DNA of 64,000 bases from Utricularia gibba (Eukaryota; Plantae; Magnoliophyta). The position numbers and the translations under genes were made by a program. Each line of letters opens with the position of its first letter. Position 1 is the stretch's first letter. Below, piece by piece: positions 24,918 through 38,362 of the stretch. Location of the stretch: NCBI GenBank assembly GCA_002189035.1, contig CM007990.1:1054001-1118000 (forward strand), given 5' to 3'. A model generated the notes under the pieces. The model searched no databases. It saw only the letters and a program-made list of their open reading frames with translations, and was not told where the DNA came from.

Positions 24918-27489
24918 ATGGCCTCTTTTGCGAGTTCTTCATTCCAATCTCGGTATACATATATGAGAAATGTTCACCATGTATACTTTTGTTGTCATTG
25001 TTTCCTACTCATTTGCTTTGGTTTTGTGTAAGTTGCTTGAGATACACATTTCCTGGGGAGGACAATGGAATTCGAGGTGCTCCGGGGACAGTGTTCTCGA
25101 CCATCTTTATGAAAAAGGCTATTGAGTTGAATGGTTCAAGAACAGGCAAACGCCTGAATGTGGCTTCTCCCAAGATGGCGCTTGTAAAGGAATTTCAAGA
25201 CTTTAATGTTGCTGAACCCTCCTGCCTCAGGAAACCATTTACGGCAGCAAGGGTCAATGGCATATTCAGTTCACACAGGTAGCTTTCATACTACATTTAT
25301 ATTTTGCAATGGCGCATGCAAATGTGGTATCCTTTTTTTATCTAAGAGTAAGAAAAATCATCGTTTTTACTGGGAATTTCAAATGTGTAAAGTCATTATA
25401 GAAACTTGAATCTGGCTTTTGTCCTAGTAGGAATCCCGGGTTTTCTTGCAATGCGGCCACCTCTGGGGATCTGTCGAACACTTCTGGGGAGCTTAGCCAA
25501 TACGAGAAAATCATTGAGACCTTGACAACGCTTTTCCCTGTTTGGGTATGACTATACTTTAGCTGCAACGGATATATCTCCTTGCAACATCTATTTTTTT
25601 CTGCTGAGGAGATTCTGTTTTCAAAATATTGCAGGTTATTGTGGGTACAGTCATTGGGATATACAAGCCTGCACTTGTGAGTCATTAGTTCTCATTTGCT
25701 GGAACTTGAACAAATAATGACTTTCATTTGCATGTAGGTAACTTGGTTAGAAACAGATTTATTCACCCTTGGTTTAGGCTTCCTTATGCTTTCAATGGGA
25801 TTGACCTTGACGTTTGAGGACTTCCGAAGATGCTTGCGTAACCCATGGACTGTATGTACATTGATAAAGTTTAGAAAGTGTTTGTATTAGGGAGAGAACA
25901 TGGTTTAACAGTACCGTCTCCTCATTCACCAGGTAGGCGTAGGTTTTTTGGCTCAGTATATCATCAAGCCAGCTCTAGGATTTGCCATTGCAATGGTAAA
26001 TGCCAACAATCAATATCTATTTCTGATGTAATTCTTTCACCTAAGTTAGTAGAATTATACAAAACAACCCCAGGATTTAGTATATACCAATTTCTGGGGC
26101 TCCAAAATATTGTTTTTCTTCAAAAGAAGGATCTATTTGATTTCACATGTACAAGCGCCTAGTTGACATGTACTTGCCTTGAACTCTTGCTTACATCACT
26201 GCTTGCACATGAATTACAAGTTCATCTGTTTTCTGCAGAGCTTGAAATTATCAGCTCCTCTGGCAACTGGTCTTATATTGGTCTCTTGCTGTCCTGGAGG
26301 GCAGGCATCAAATGTGGCAACATATATTTCTAAAGGAAATGTAGCTCTTTCTGTTTTGATGACAACGTGAGTTCAATTTAATATGCTTTTTGTAAAACAA
26401 TTATTGTAGATGCCTTCTGAGAGATGATAATGCAAGTAAATTAATGGCATTTCAGATGCTCAACCATAGGCGCCATTGTGATGACGCCTCTTCTCACAAA
26501 GCTTTTAGCGGGTCAGCTTGTGCCAGTTGATGCTGCAGTAAGTATCTATGTTGTATTGTTAATGTTTTGTTGAATAGTTCTAACTCCATTCATCTGATGA
26601 AGCAACCTCTCATGCTTGAGCTTCTATTGAAAACTCTTTTCTTGAAATACAACTTAGACCTGAAACTTTTGTGTGTCCTGTTCACCTCAGGGCCTTGCTA
26701 TCAGTACTTTCCAGGTGGTTTTAGTTCCTACTATAATTGGAGGTGAGCTACAAAAACTTTTGAACTCATCGCTCTTCCTACCATCTGAAGTGTTTCCCTT
26801 GTTGAACTCTTTTCTCTATGTTTCCAGTTCTATCAAATGAGTACTTTCCGGGGTTCACTTCGAAAATCGTCACCGTGACACCATTAATAGGAGTGATCCT
26901 GACTACCCTTCTGTGTGCAAGCCCAGTGAGTCCCCATACATTCCTAAATGATCACCGATTCTGAACTTCATAGACGTTCTAAGTGACTACCTCTTGCTTT
27001 CGCAGATTGGACAAGTCGCAGATGTCCTCAAAACTCAGGGAACACAACTGCTATTCCCAGTGGCCCTCCTACATGCTGCAGCCTTCTTCATTGGATACTT
27101 GATATCCAAACTATCCTTCGGTGAATCCACTTCACGGACCATCTCCATAGAATGCGGAATGCAGGTACTTCTACATGAGCTATGCCACGCTTCAGGGGAG
27201 GCCTCCATATGATGAGAACACTAAATCTGAACTTTGCTTCATGTGTGGCAGAGCTCTGCACTGGGATTCCTCCTAGCCCAGAAGCACTTCACAAATCCTC
27301 TCGTGGCCGTCCCATCCGCCGTGAGCGTCGTCTGCATGGCGGTAAATCCAAAACCCCTGACCCTTTCTTTCCTCTTCTGATCCATGATTCACATTGCTTC
27401 TTCCCCGGCAGCTCGGAGGAAGCGCCCTGGCAGTCTACTGGAGGAACCAGCCCATTCCCCTTGACGACAAGGACGACTTCAAGGAATGA
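24918..27489 (+). CDS. BASS2: plastid sodium:pyruvate symporter (bile acid:sodium symporter family), multi-exon
   Basis: [60 protein letters not shown], ends [10 protein letters not shown] at 27489. The start at ATG 24918 is less certain than the core. Confidence 0.94.
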
Positions 27490-27741
27490 CAAGGACCCAA
27501 AACCTCCAACCCACTGCAGCTGCTTCTGCTATTCATTTCCATGGTTTGTTTCTTGCTTGATGGATTTGCAGAAACCCCTCCTCGCCCCTTCCCTTCCCTT
27601 CCCTTCACAAGGATTTTGGATCAGTTTTTCCATGTGGGCTACTGATTATATGCTTTCCTGCCTTTGAACCAGACCCCGTAGTACGATCGCCATGAACAGA
27701 CCTTGGGGTTTCCAGGTGCCATCTCTGTGTATTAACAGTTA

Positions 27742-28060
27742 GGGCTCCGTTGGATCGTGTTAAATCATGATATTATTTGAATTGTTTGTATTTAAATAAA
27801 TATTAGTTATATAATTAAAATTTAATATGTATTTAATAATTAAGTTTTATACATGTATATTTAAGATAATATTATTTTTTGGTAAATTTGTTTATTATAG
27901 AAAAAAAAATAGTACATCAAAATTTATTGATTAGAAATGTGCATCATGCAAGAATTTTGAAAATGATGTATGTACTAAAAGTATGTGTTTTTTTTTAGAA
28001 TTTTTTATTTAAAAATATAAAAAAACAAAAAATGTAATTGAAGTTAAATTATTTAGAAAA
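27742..28060 (+). mobile_element. truncated Tourist/PIF-like MITE remnant
   Basis: TTA followed by GGGCTCCGTTGGATCG (Tourist-like terminus). The AT-rich body aligns by eye with the reverse complement of 33880-34007. No right TIR found; right boundary approximate. Confidence 0.5.
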
Positions 28061-28066
28061 AAAAAA

Positions 28067-30214
28067 TTACAAGTTACCGTCTCGGCCTATTCCGGCGGTA
28101 AGGGCATTCAAATCACCTACCACAGCCGCCATGGACGGCCTGTTTTCCGGGAACTGATTGGTGCAGTCGAGACCAATTTTGAGAAGCTGCACTGCTTCAA
28201 TGGGGCGGAATGGCATCTCCTGATTTTTGCCAATGAGGGCGTCCCATTCCCCGGCCTCTGCGGCGGCTCTTGCTGAGGTGGAAATTATCTTCCTGCCGGA
28301 GAGGACCTGAAGAACGATGACGCCGAATGCATAAACATCGGTCTTTTCTGTAAACCTGCCGGTGGTGACGTACTCCGGCGCCATGTAACCTAAGGCGGCG
28401 CTGGCTTTCATCGCGGAGTATACGACGTCGTCTGCTAGAAGATTTAGAAGCCCGGAATCGAGAATCAGGGGGTTCCAGTTCTCGTCTAGCACTACTTTTT
28501 CAGCTGATATGTTCTTGTGGATGATGCGCGGTTTACCTGGTTCATCTCTGTGAAGATACTCGATACCTTTTGCTATTCCCTTGACAATGGAGATTCTTGT
28601 AGTCCAATCAAGGGGTATACTGTTCTTGTGATCGCCGAGATACTCGCACAAGCTGCCCTTTGGAGCAAATTCATAGATCAGGAAGCATTCTCCTCGATCT
28701 TTGGAGCAGCAAAAGCCCTTTAAGCTCACGAGGTTTTCATTGTTGAGTGACTTCAGTAATACCAGACCCTTGATGAACCCATCTTCCTCTGATTTGCAGC
28801 TCGTCTTGTTCACACTCTTGATTGCTACAACAGATCCATCTCTCAGAATCCCCTTGTACACTGCTGTGAACTTGCTCTTGCCCAAGAGATTCCTCTCTGA
28901 GAAATGTCGGGTTGCTGATTCAACCTCGTCCAAGTTGAACTTGTATCCCAGTTGAGAGCCTTCCCATGAGGAATCACTGAATCTTTTGGTGAATTCTTTG
29001 GCTGGTTGTTGGCTGGGTGACACCTCAAATGCATCGGTTCTGTTCCCTTCTCTGGGCTTGGAGTGCCGAAGTATGAACACCGATGTGAAGACGACAGATG
29101 CGGCAGCTATGACAGCACAAACAAGTGATCCTATAACAATGCCCATCTTTGAAAATCTTGATGCTGACTTGAGAGTTGGTTCTTTGCTGAAATTAACTGG
29201 TTTAGGGATAATGGTTGAGAAGGGATCAGCAGGATATGAGGCAACAACTGTGCTGAGAGTCCCACTATCCCACATTGAACAAGCCCTTAGAGAAGGGAAA
29301 CCAGAGCCACATAAACCAGTGTTGTTTCCGATATGTAAGCCTTCTTTCATTCTCAAAAAACCTTCATTTATGGAGAAGTGTGTGAAACATCATCAAGATC
29401 TGTTGAATGTGGGATTCATTAAAGAGAGATCATGAACTCACCAGGAGGAACAACCCCAGAAAGATTGTTGGTCTGAACATCAAAAACTTCCAGCGATGGA
29501 ATACCAGCAAGTTGGGGTGGAATCGGACCAGTGAGCTGATTGAAGCTTAAATAGATCCTGTTGAGTGTCAGTGATTTCCCTAGGCTTACAGGGATATCCC
29601 CTGTTAACTGATTGCGTTCTAATGAAAGAACAGTCAGGTTCTTCATGAATCCTAGTGTTGTGGGTATCGTCTCTGTTAACTTGTTGCAACATAACTGCAG
29701 AACTGCAAAATTTGCTTGATATTTTCAGTCATTGCAAGAAATGCTTTCAACTTTTACTGCTTCATTTGCAGGAAATTCACTGACCTTGAAGACTGGGCAT
29801 GCTCCCAATCTCAGGGGGGATGATTCCGGTAAGATTATTAACATCCAGATAAAGATCTGTCAGTTCAGTAAGGTTAGCGATCTCTTTGGGAATCTCCCCA
29901 CTTATTGCATTGTAGTGCAAGTAAAGACCGGTGAGGGATTTGAGCTCCGCCACCGCGGGAGGCAGTTTTCCGGTGAGCCCTTTTCCTTGGAGGGAAATGT
30001 TGGTCACTTTCAGGAGCTCATTGCAAGCCACTCCTTCGAAAGTACCGGCGCAGGGATCAACGTCCGGCTTCCACGATGACAAGTACTTGTTTTGAGGATC
30101 AAGAGAGGCCTTCATCACCATCAACGCGCTGAGCTCTGAGTTTCCCCATGTGAGCTTCACTGAAGGAAGATAAGCAAGAAAGACAATGAGGAGGTAGCCC
30201 TTCGGACTCTGCAT
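28067..30214 (-). CDS. LRR receptor-like kinase with atypical kinase domain (3 exons)
   Basis: Signal peptide, LRRNT (SSWKPDVDPC...FEGVAC), LxxLxLxxN LRRs, NNTGLCG cap, TM helix, kinase domain with GKSKFTAVYKG, VAIK, IIHKNISAEK (no HRD), DSG (no DFG), GYMAPEY. Confidence 0.92.
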
Positions 30215-31420
30215 TGGTGAAGAAGCAGATGCAATACTGTCTTAGCTTCTCGTGAGTGGCTGCTCTGGATCTTGGAAAAGAATGTGGGAAACAAGACAAG
30301 GGATGTTGTGGGAAAACTCCGTAGAAATTTGGCTTGGAGTGTTAGTAAAAGGACAGATGAATGAACAGGCACTACCCACTTCACTCAGCTGCTCAAAATG
30401 GTAGAAAAATCAGTGACCTTTCGGGAGAAGTGAATCTTCAGGGCAAGAATGCAAGGAAACCAGGACCTCCCGATGATGGATGATATGTATGCAGCAATCA
30501 CTGCAACTTCCCTATTGCATAACTGGTTGTTCTTGGTCTGAATTTTAAACTTATTTACTCCACGCAGGCCCACTGTGATAAATGCAGCCACCTCTGGGCA
30601 CATATCAATGTCGCCTGCTAAGAAGAACATGGAGTATGCATTGGAATTGAGCCCACAAACTCCTCCACCCTTCAGTGATGATGAATTGATCATCACCCAT
30701 CTTTGTTGCCCATCTCTTTCACCATTTTTATGCTCATGACTCTGTTTACTTATTGTTGTAAATTTCTAATGGCTGTATCTTCGAGCAGTCACATTCTCCG
30801 ACAGCATCACCAAAATTTTGACCGTTGGGGGAGAAGAAATTAGGCTCTGAGGAGCTCCTCTCTGCATGCGCAGTTGTGGGCACCTCAGAGCAATAATGGT
30901 TGCTGTCCTCATGCTTCTTACACACCAGATGGCATCCCCAAACAGCGTCCTTTCGATTACCGCCGATGTCCTGCCACCGACACTACCGGTTTCTCTTGTC
31001 CGATTGCTGAAATTTTTCATAGTCCGTTTTACTTCTGTAAAAACTTGTGCTCTCATAGCACCAATCTGATGTAAAAATAGATTCAGGAACAGTCATGATT
31101 TGTGCAGGCTTTTGTAAATTATCCATTAAGTTTCTGCAGGAAAGCAAGTCTGTGATCTTTAATAGACAGTGCAGTTAACCATTGTACAAATGTAGTCATA
31201 CACAAACAAAATGAACAAACTAGAGGAACTTGTATTGTGGTAATGACAATACAATCAACCAAATTTGCTGCAAGGATCTTACAAACGCAATGATCCTTCT
31301 TCATTCATGAGCACAAATGCAGTAGCTAAGAAACAATGGCTACGCACAGAAAGCAAGCTGTCAGCAGATGACCAAGAGTTCGTAAAGAAATACCTAAGAA
31401 TGAAACAATGGCTACGGAGT

Positions 31421-32728
31421 TCACCAGGCACCACTCTTCTTCTTCTTCGACTCATGGTAACTAAGATACCAAGTCACAAACTTCTTCAGCCCTGTCTCTA
31501 AATCAGTAGTTGGTCTATAACCAAGCTCAGATGCAGCCAAACTTATATTGGCATGTGTATACAACACATCTCCATTCCTTGGCATCTGCAGAACCTTCTT
31601 CTTCGCCTTCACCTTCAACAGCTTTTCTAAAATGCTCACAAGTCTCCCAACTGGAACAGGGCTAGTGTTCCCCAAGTTAAATATTCTCAGCTGCGCCTCG
31701 CTTCGCTTCTTCCCTCCACTTCCAGTGCTCTTCTTTGCAGTATCAAGTGCAGCTAAACAACCCTTCACTATATCATCAATGTAAGTGAAGTCTCTAGCAA
31801 CAGTAGCATGATTAGGACCCTCAAAAATCTTGATTTCCTTTCCTCTGAGTATGTCCTTGGTGAAGAAGTAGTATGCCATATCAGGTCTGCCCCAGGGTCC
31901 GTAAACAGTGAAAAATCTCAAACCAGTGATTGAAAGCCCGTAGATATGATTATAAGTGTGAGCTATTTCTTCACCGGCCTTTTTGGTGGCTGCATATAGA
32001 CTAGCAGGCTGATCAGTTCTGTCATGCTCCGAAAAGGGTACCTTAGAATTTAGGCCATAGACAGAGCTCGAAGAAGCCCACACTATACTTGGCTGTGGAT
32101 TTTTATTTTTGCATACTTCAAGTAAGGTAACAAAGCCATTGACATTACTCTGAAGATACGAAGAGGGGTTTTGCATTGCGTACCGAACTCCAGCCTGGGC
32201 TGCCAAATGCATCACATGAGTGAAATGCGCAATCTGGAAGAGCTTGTTCAACAGATCAGCGTTGTTAATATCTCCTTCAACGATGTGAACGCCTCTGCGC
32301 TCGAGGAGATTTTTCCTGGCCTTTTTCAGGCTTGTTTCATAGTAGCTGTTGAAATTATCAAGACCAACGACGCCATCCCCGCGGTTCTTGAGCGCCATGG
32401 AGACATGGGTTCCCACAAAACCAGCAGCCCCAGTGACCAAAACAGTAATCCGAGAATTAGAACTGGGTCGGGCCGATTTCCGGACCTTGACCTCCCAATT
32501 AGCCTTAAAATCACTCGTGTGAAGGCTCCTGCGCTTACTTGCCGAGGAAGAAGCCGGCGGCGAACAAAAGAAGAACAGTAATAAGAAGAACAGTAACAGG
32601 AAGGACCAAAGAGTGAGCCTCGGGCTAAAACGGAGACGGTTGAAGGCGCTCTGCGATGATTTGAATTTCCCCGGCGAGGATGGAATGATGGGGTCCAAAT
32701 GCGACAGCATGGGCTTCATTTGTGTCAT
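31421..32728 (-). CDS. GAE: UDP-glucuronate 4-epimerase (GAE5-like), intronless
   Basis: TM anchor, VLVTGAAGFVG Rossmann motif, HLAAQAGVRYAM, SSSSVYG, YAATK, FFTVYGPWGRPDMAY, ends KKKSGAW*. Confidence 0.97.
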   Translation of the reverse strand: MTQMKPMLSHLDPIIPSSPGKFKSSQSAFNRLRFSPRLTLWSFLLLFFLLLFFFCSPPASSSASKRRSLHTSDFKANWEVKVRKSARPSSNSRITVLVTGAAGFVGTHVSMALKNRGDGVVGLDNFNSYYETSLKKARKNLLERRGVHIVEGDINNADLLNKLFQIAHFTHVMHLAAQAGVRYAMQNPSSYLQSNVNGFVTLLEVCKNKNPQPSIVWASSSSVYGLNSKVPFSEHDRTDQPASLYAATKKAGEEIAHTYNHIYGLSITGLRFFTVYGPWGRPDMAYYFFTKDILRGKEIKIFEGPNHATVARDFTYIDDIVKGCLAALDTAKKSTGSGGKKRSEAQLRIFNLGNTSPVPVGRLVSILEKLLKVKAKKKVLQMPRNGDVLYTHANISLAASELGYRPTTDLETGLKKFVTWYLSYHESKKKKSGAW

Positions 32729-33879
32729 CGCCCCAACAAAAATCAAACCTCAGCAACAAAAAACCAGTCAATCGACAAGACCATCACACAGAACCCAAAT
32801 GGGGCTTCACGGAATCACTCCAAGAAAACCGCGAGACTACCCAAAATTGTCCAGTGAAAAAATGGAAAGGTAAACCGGTATGGAGAAACCCGAGAGAGAA
32901 GAAGACGAAGAAGAAGAAGAAAGGAAAATGGTCCCGGCGCTGGGCTGGCGCTTGCTGGCAAGACCAGTAAAACAGCAAGACACTGAAAGTCAAAATAAGT
33001 ATAAAATTCAATTAATTCGCAATTAGCACAGAATTTCACGGGGTTGAATCGGTAATTTCACACTCCGGATTCGGATACTATCCATGACCCGTTCCCATTT
33101 ATTAATTATATTTCTGAAAATACAATAAAATTCAGTATATTGCTCCTGGAATCGGATTAATGCAATGCATGGTTACGGTAATCACGAGGAGTCAATGCCC
33201 CCTTTTCCATCATACATTTAATATTATTAATCACGTCATTAAAACGTAATTAATCATAATGCAAGGGATTACAATATAATAAGTAATTTAAAAAATAAAC
33301 AATTTGTATCTCATAATCTTTATATTAAAAAATACATGATGCAAGATTTTTAGAACTGAGTTGTGAGATCATTCTATTTTTATAGTAAGCATATTTAAAT
33401 TATTTATATCAAATATATGTTTATAATTAAAAATATATTTATTTGGTATATAAGATGAAAAAATTAAACATGTGTTTTTTTATGTAAGACTAGTATTTAG
33501 TATGTATATTAACATATTTAAATAATGATATAATAATAATAATGTGTGGTTGATAAACTAATTTTTTCAAAATATTTATGTTTTATAACATATTTATATC
33601 AATGCATTTAATTCCAATATGATATTTTTCAAATTATGATAATTCATATTGTTTACAATACAATGTTTGGAAACTCTTTTTATGTTAAATTTCTTTGCAA
33701 ATAAAATTACAAACAAAAAAGTAAACATAGATATAATAAACAATGAATCATAATAATAATTATTCATCTTTAAAGATTTTTTAGGAGAGAGCCACAATTT
33801 ATTTATCAAAATATATGAATTATTAGTAAAAATAATAAAAAAATGATTCATTTTTATTAATAATTACTAAAAATAATAT

Positions 33880-34007
33880 ATTATAAACACACTATATAAA
33901 ACTTGTATATCAAATAAATTTTCAATTTTAATCAAATCATACTTATTTATCTAAATACAGATTAATTAAAAAAAATAATTAATTAAAACATTCGATCAAA
34001 CGAATCC
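33880..34007 (-). mobile_element. Tourist/PIF-like MITE end, same family as the 27742 copy
   Basis: Ends ...GATCAAACGAATCC followed by TAA (34008-34010). The reverse complement shares TGTATTTA.ATAAATA...ATTAAAATT...TATTT.ATA...AAGTTTTATA with 27785-27860. Left boundary unresolved. Confidence 0.5.
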
Positions 34008-35342
34008 TAAGTGTTAGAAATCACGTATATATTAAAAAATACATTTAGTAAACATACATAACTTTCAACATATGAGGGTCATCTTATTTTAATAACACAT
34101 CCTTAATGTCAGCTAGTGAAATAAGGGCCCAAAATGGTGCTAAAAATGAGATTTTTTAAAATAAGGGTACCACAATGAAAATAAATATATCTGCAACTGG
34201 AGATTCTAGAAGCTCACGGAATTTATGATAATGACCACACCACAAAAGAAGTTCACTCAAGTTTTGTGATTAGAAATGCCAAAATGTCATTTTTAATTCA
34301 AAAAAAATTATAAATTTATACTATTTGCTTATATATATATATAATAATTTTTTTATTTTCAATTTCATTAAAAAATATTAATTTAAATATTACATAAAAT
34401 AATAATTGAATTATATTCACAATTAAAAATATTAAAAATATTTGTCGTTATATTGGATGAGAACTTGTGGTGAATATTCTAAGAAATATGTGCTATAAAT
34501 TTTTATATACAATTAATAAAATTTAATTATTTTCCTGATAATGACCAGCATTTATGCGCATAATCACACACAGGTTTGTGGTGTTGGCTTTTTAGAATTC
34601 TTGATGCATATAAAAGGCAAAGCATCCACAGCCTCACAAAAACATATATTTTTTAGAGAGAATTATATTATAAAACAATAATAATTTTGACCTAAATTTA
34701 AAATTTTAATTTCAAAGATATATAAATTGTTGATTTGAAATATTTTGTAATTATAATATAAAATTTAATGGAATTTGATTTAATAAATATCTCTAAACGG
34801 GATACAATTTAATTTTTTAAGTAATATATTTGGTTGAATTTCAAATTATTGAATTTCATTTTCTAGAAATAATACATTTCCATTCATAACCCATAATATA
34901 TTTAATTAACAATTATATTTGATATACGGGTTTCAATACATGTATTTTACAAAATTATTGTTATACATCCGTATTAGATATTTCAAAACTTAACTTCTAA
35001 ATGAGTTTTATTAAATAAATTAAGTTTAGTAAGAATGGAATCTAAATTTATATTTTAATATTAATTATTAATTTAAAATATTTCATATAATATTAAAAGA
35101 TTACATCTATTTGAACGTATATATTTTTTGATCCATAATCAATATGAAATAATGTCACTACACAGATTGGTTTTGCATTATTTTTTTCTCATAAACGCAC
35201 TTTGTTCAAGATTACTAGAATCATTTTATTTAAATGCATCATCTCATTTGTCAATAATCAATTATTGATATCGTCTCTATATTCTTTATCTTATATTCTA
35301 CTTATATTATTTGTTGAATATCCCCTTGTCCCATCATTGATA

Positions 35343-35351
35343 TCTACATAC

Positions 35352-35382
<31 letters not shown>

Positions 35383-35410
35383 CATATATATATATATATT
35401 ATATGTATGT
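35343..35410. repeat. compound (TACA)n/(TA)n microsatellite upstream of the amine oxidase
   Basis: CTATACATACATACATACATATATATACATACATATATATACATATATATATATATATTATATGTATG seen directly. Confidence 0.9.
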
Positions 35411-35585
35411 TATCAAATAAATTTTTAATTTTAACTATTATTCTTCATGCCCTACCAAACATTGCATGTAAATTACCTCTATCAAACACATCCATTTAAG
35501 GTAAGTTGTGTGAGTTTGGAGGTTGAGTCAGCAAGTAACATGGAGGTCTACAAATAGAGAGCAGCATCTTGTCGACACTTATCTC

Positions 35586-38060
35586 ATGCTGGAGACGATG
35601 GAGCGACGGTATGCGATCCGCTACAGTCTGGTCTTCTTCACGGCCCTAGTCATCTTCTTCTCCTTATCCAACTTCACCTCTACTCCGCCGCCGACGGCGG
35701 AGCTTCCGGATTCCAAGCTCTCGCGTACTCGCTTCAACTCTCCCGGCCAACTCCACGCCGCCGACGTCTCACGCCACCCTCTCGACCCCCTCACTCTGTC
35801 GGAGCTCAAAAGGGTGCAGAAGATCATCCAAGACCACGAGTTTTTCAGGGATAAGGCTTACGCCCTTCACTCCGTCTCTCTTGATGAACCCGAAAAGGAG
35901 GTGGTTCTCCGGTGGACTAAAGGAGACCCACTTCCTACCAGAAAAGCCTCCGTCGTGGCGCGCGCCGCCGGCCAATCCCACCTGCTCAGCATCGAATTGG
36001 ACGCCGGTGAAGTCACTTTCCACGACGTGAGTCACCTGTCGGGTTTCCCGACGATGACGGTGGAGGATATGACCTCTGTTTCATCGGCGCCGCTGTCGGA
36101 TCCCCGCTTCAATCGTACGGTCCTCGCCCGCGGCGTCGATCTGAGAGACGTCACCTGCTTGCCCATCTCCAGTGGATGGTTCGGTGAGTCAATCAATCAG
36201 CATGGTGAAGATGTCTGCAGACTAAGAAATCCGGTGGGTGTTTTTCCATTTTGAACAGGGGAGAGTGACGGGAGGAGGCTGATCAAGGTCCAATGCTACT
36301 CCATCAAAGACACAGCAAACTTCTACATGAGACCAATAGAAGGGCTCACCGTTCTCGTAGATCTGGACACCAACCAAGTTGTTAAAATCACAGACATCGG
36401 CAGAAACATCCCCATACCAGATGCATCCAACACAGACTACCGCTTCTCCGCACAGAATTCCCACCAGTATCTCATCAATCCCATCTCCCTCGAGCAACCG
36501 AAGGGCCCAAGTTTCACAGTAGAAGATGACCATCTCGTGAGATGGGCGAACTGGGAATTCCATCTCAAGCCAGACGCCAGAGCTGGGGTGATCATTTCAC
36601 AGGCAAAGGTCCTGGACCCAGAAACAGGGAAGCTGAGAAGAGTGATCTACAAGGGGTTTACCTCTGAACTCTTCGTCCCTTACATGGATCCTACCGACGC
36701 CTGGTACTTCAAAACGTACATGGACGCCGGAGAATACGGGTTCGGGTTGCAGGCGATGCCTCTTGACCCACTCAATGACTGCCCCAGAAATGCTTATTAC
36801 ATGGATGGTGTGTTTGCTGCTGCTGATGGATCACCATACGTGAGACCAAACATGGTTTGTGTCTTCGAGAGCTATTCTGGAGACATTGCCTGGCGACACT
36901 CTGAAAGTCCCATCACTGGAATGGAGGTAATGGAATATCTGTTCCTGTTCCTGTCACCTTTTGTCCTTATTGGGTCCATTTTCAGATTCTGTGGTGCTCA
37001 ATGTTTTGCAGATCCGTGAAGCAAGACCCAAGGTGACTCTTGTGGTCCGAATGGCAGCTTCAGTAGCCAACTATGATTACATAATGGACTGGGAGTTTCA
37101 GACAGATGGCCTCATCAGAGTCAAGGTTAGTGGTTCTTGATATACAATCTTGTCGTTTGCCTCTTGTCTAATGGACCCCCTGCTCGAAGGCTCCATCTTT
37201 ATGTCAACTTCATTATAGTATCAGTAGAAACAAGCTCTGTTAAGTCACTACCAGCAAGCTTTGATCCTTTTGCTGGCTTCCTGTTGATGAGTGATCAGGT
37301 TGGCTTGAGCGGGATCTTGATGGTGAAGGGCACATCTGATACAAACATGGGACAGGTGAATCAGCAGCAGAATCTATATGGAACCCTTTTGTCAGAAAAC
37401 GTAATCGGAGTCATTCATGATCACTACATCACATTCTACCTTGACATGGATGTTGATGGCTCTGAAAACTCCTTTGTTAAAGTGCACCTTGAGAGGCAGC
37501 AGACGTCCCCGGGGGAGTCGCCTCGATTGAGCTACTTGAAGGCTGTGAGAAACATTGCGAAGACAGAGAAGGATGCACAGATCAAGCTCAAACTCTATGA
37601 TCCTTACGAGTTCCATGTGATCAACCCTGCAAAGAAGACTAAAGTTGGTAACCCTGTGGGGTACAAACTGGTACCTGGTGGCACAGCTGCTAATTTGCTT
37701 GACCTCAACGACGCTCCACAGAAACGAGGGGCGTTCACCAACAACCAAATTTGGGTTACACCATATAATGCGACAGAGCAGTGGGCCGGAGGCTTGTTCG
37801 TTTACCAGAACCAGGGAGAGGATACCCTTCAAGTATGGTCCAACAGGGATCGGGGGATCGAGGAGAAGGATATCGTTCTGTGGTACACATTAGGCTTTCA
37901 TCACGTTCCTTGCCAAGAGGACTTCCCCATTATGCCAACTGTGTCATCGAGCTTCGATCTCAAGCCGGTGAACTTCTTCGAGCGGAATCCAGTTTTGAGG
38001 ATTCCTCCTAATGTTGAGAAGGACCTTCCGGTTTGCCAAGCTGCTGCTGCAGCAGCATAA
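35586..38060 (+). CDS. CuAO: copper amine oxidase (primary amine oxidase, delta-type), 4 exons
   Basis: N-terminal TM/signal, HPLDPLT, RWANWEFHLKPDARAG, TPQ consensus VANYDY, Cu ligands IHDHY and GFHHVPCQEDFP. Start is ATG 35586 or 35598. Confidence 0.95.
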
Positions 38061-38362
38061 AAAAGACCGGTTAGTAGAATGTCTACGTTGTATAACGTGT
38101 GCAGTTGATACCTTTGTAAGAAATAAGAAGGGTAGCAAGCCGAATATGCTATTGTACTGTATGTGCATCAGCAGATATGAATCCTTGGATCAACTGTCTC
38201 TTGCCATTATATTAGATTGTAATTCCGCAGATTATCCGTTAAATTTTCCATGTGACTGCCTTTACTCAGCATTCATAACCAGCAGAACTTCCATGAAGTA
38301 TCATCTTTCTTCCTGAAGAAAGTGAAGCTCTTTGTATGCCTTTGTTTGATACTGTCACATTC

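Noticed and set aside
25327-25335. U12-type donor consensus GTATCCTTT
   Set aside because: It lies inside an ordinary U2 intron of BASS2, has no U12 branch site near the acceptor, and the U2 donor already gives the right frame.
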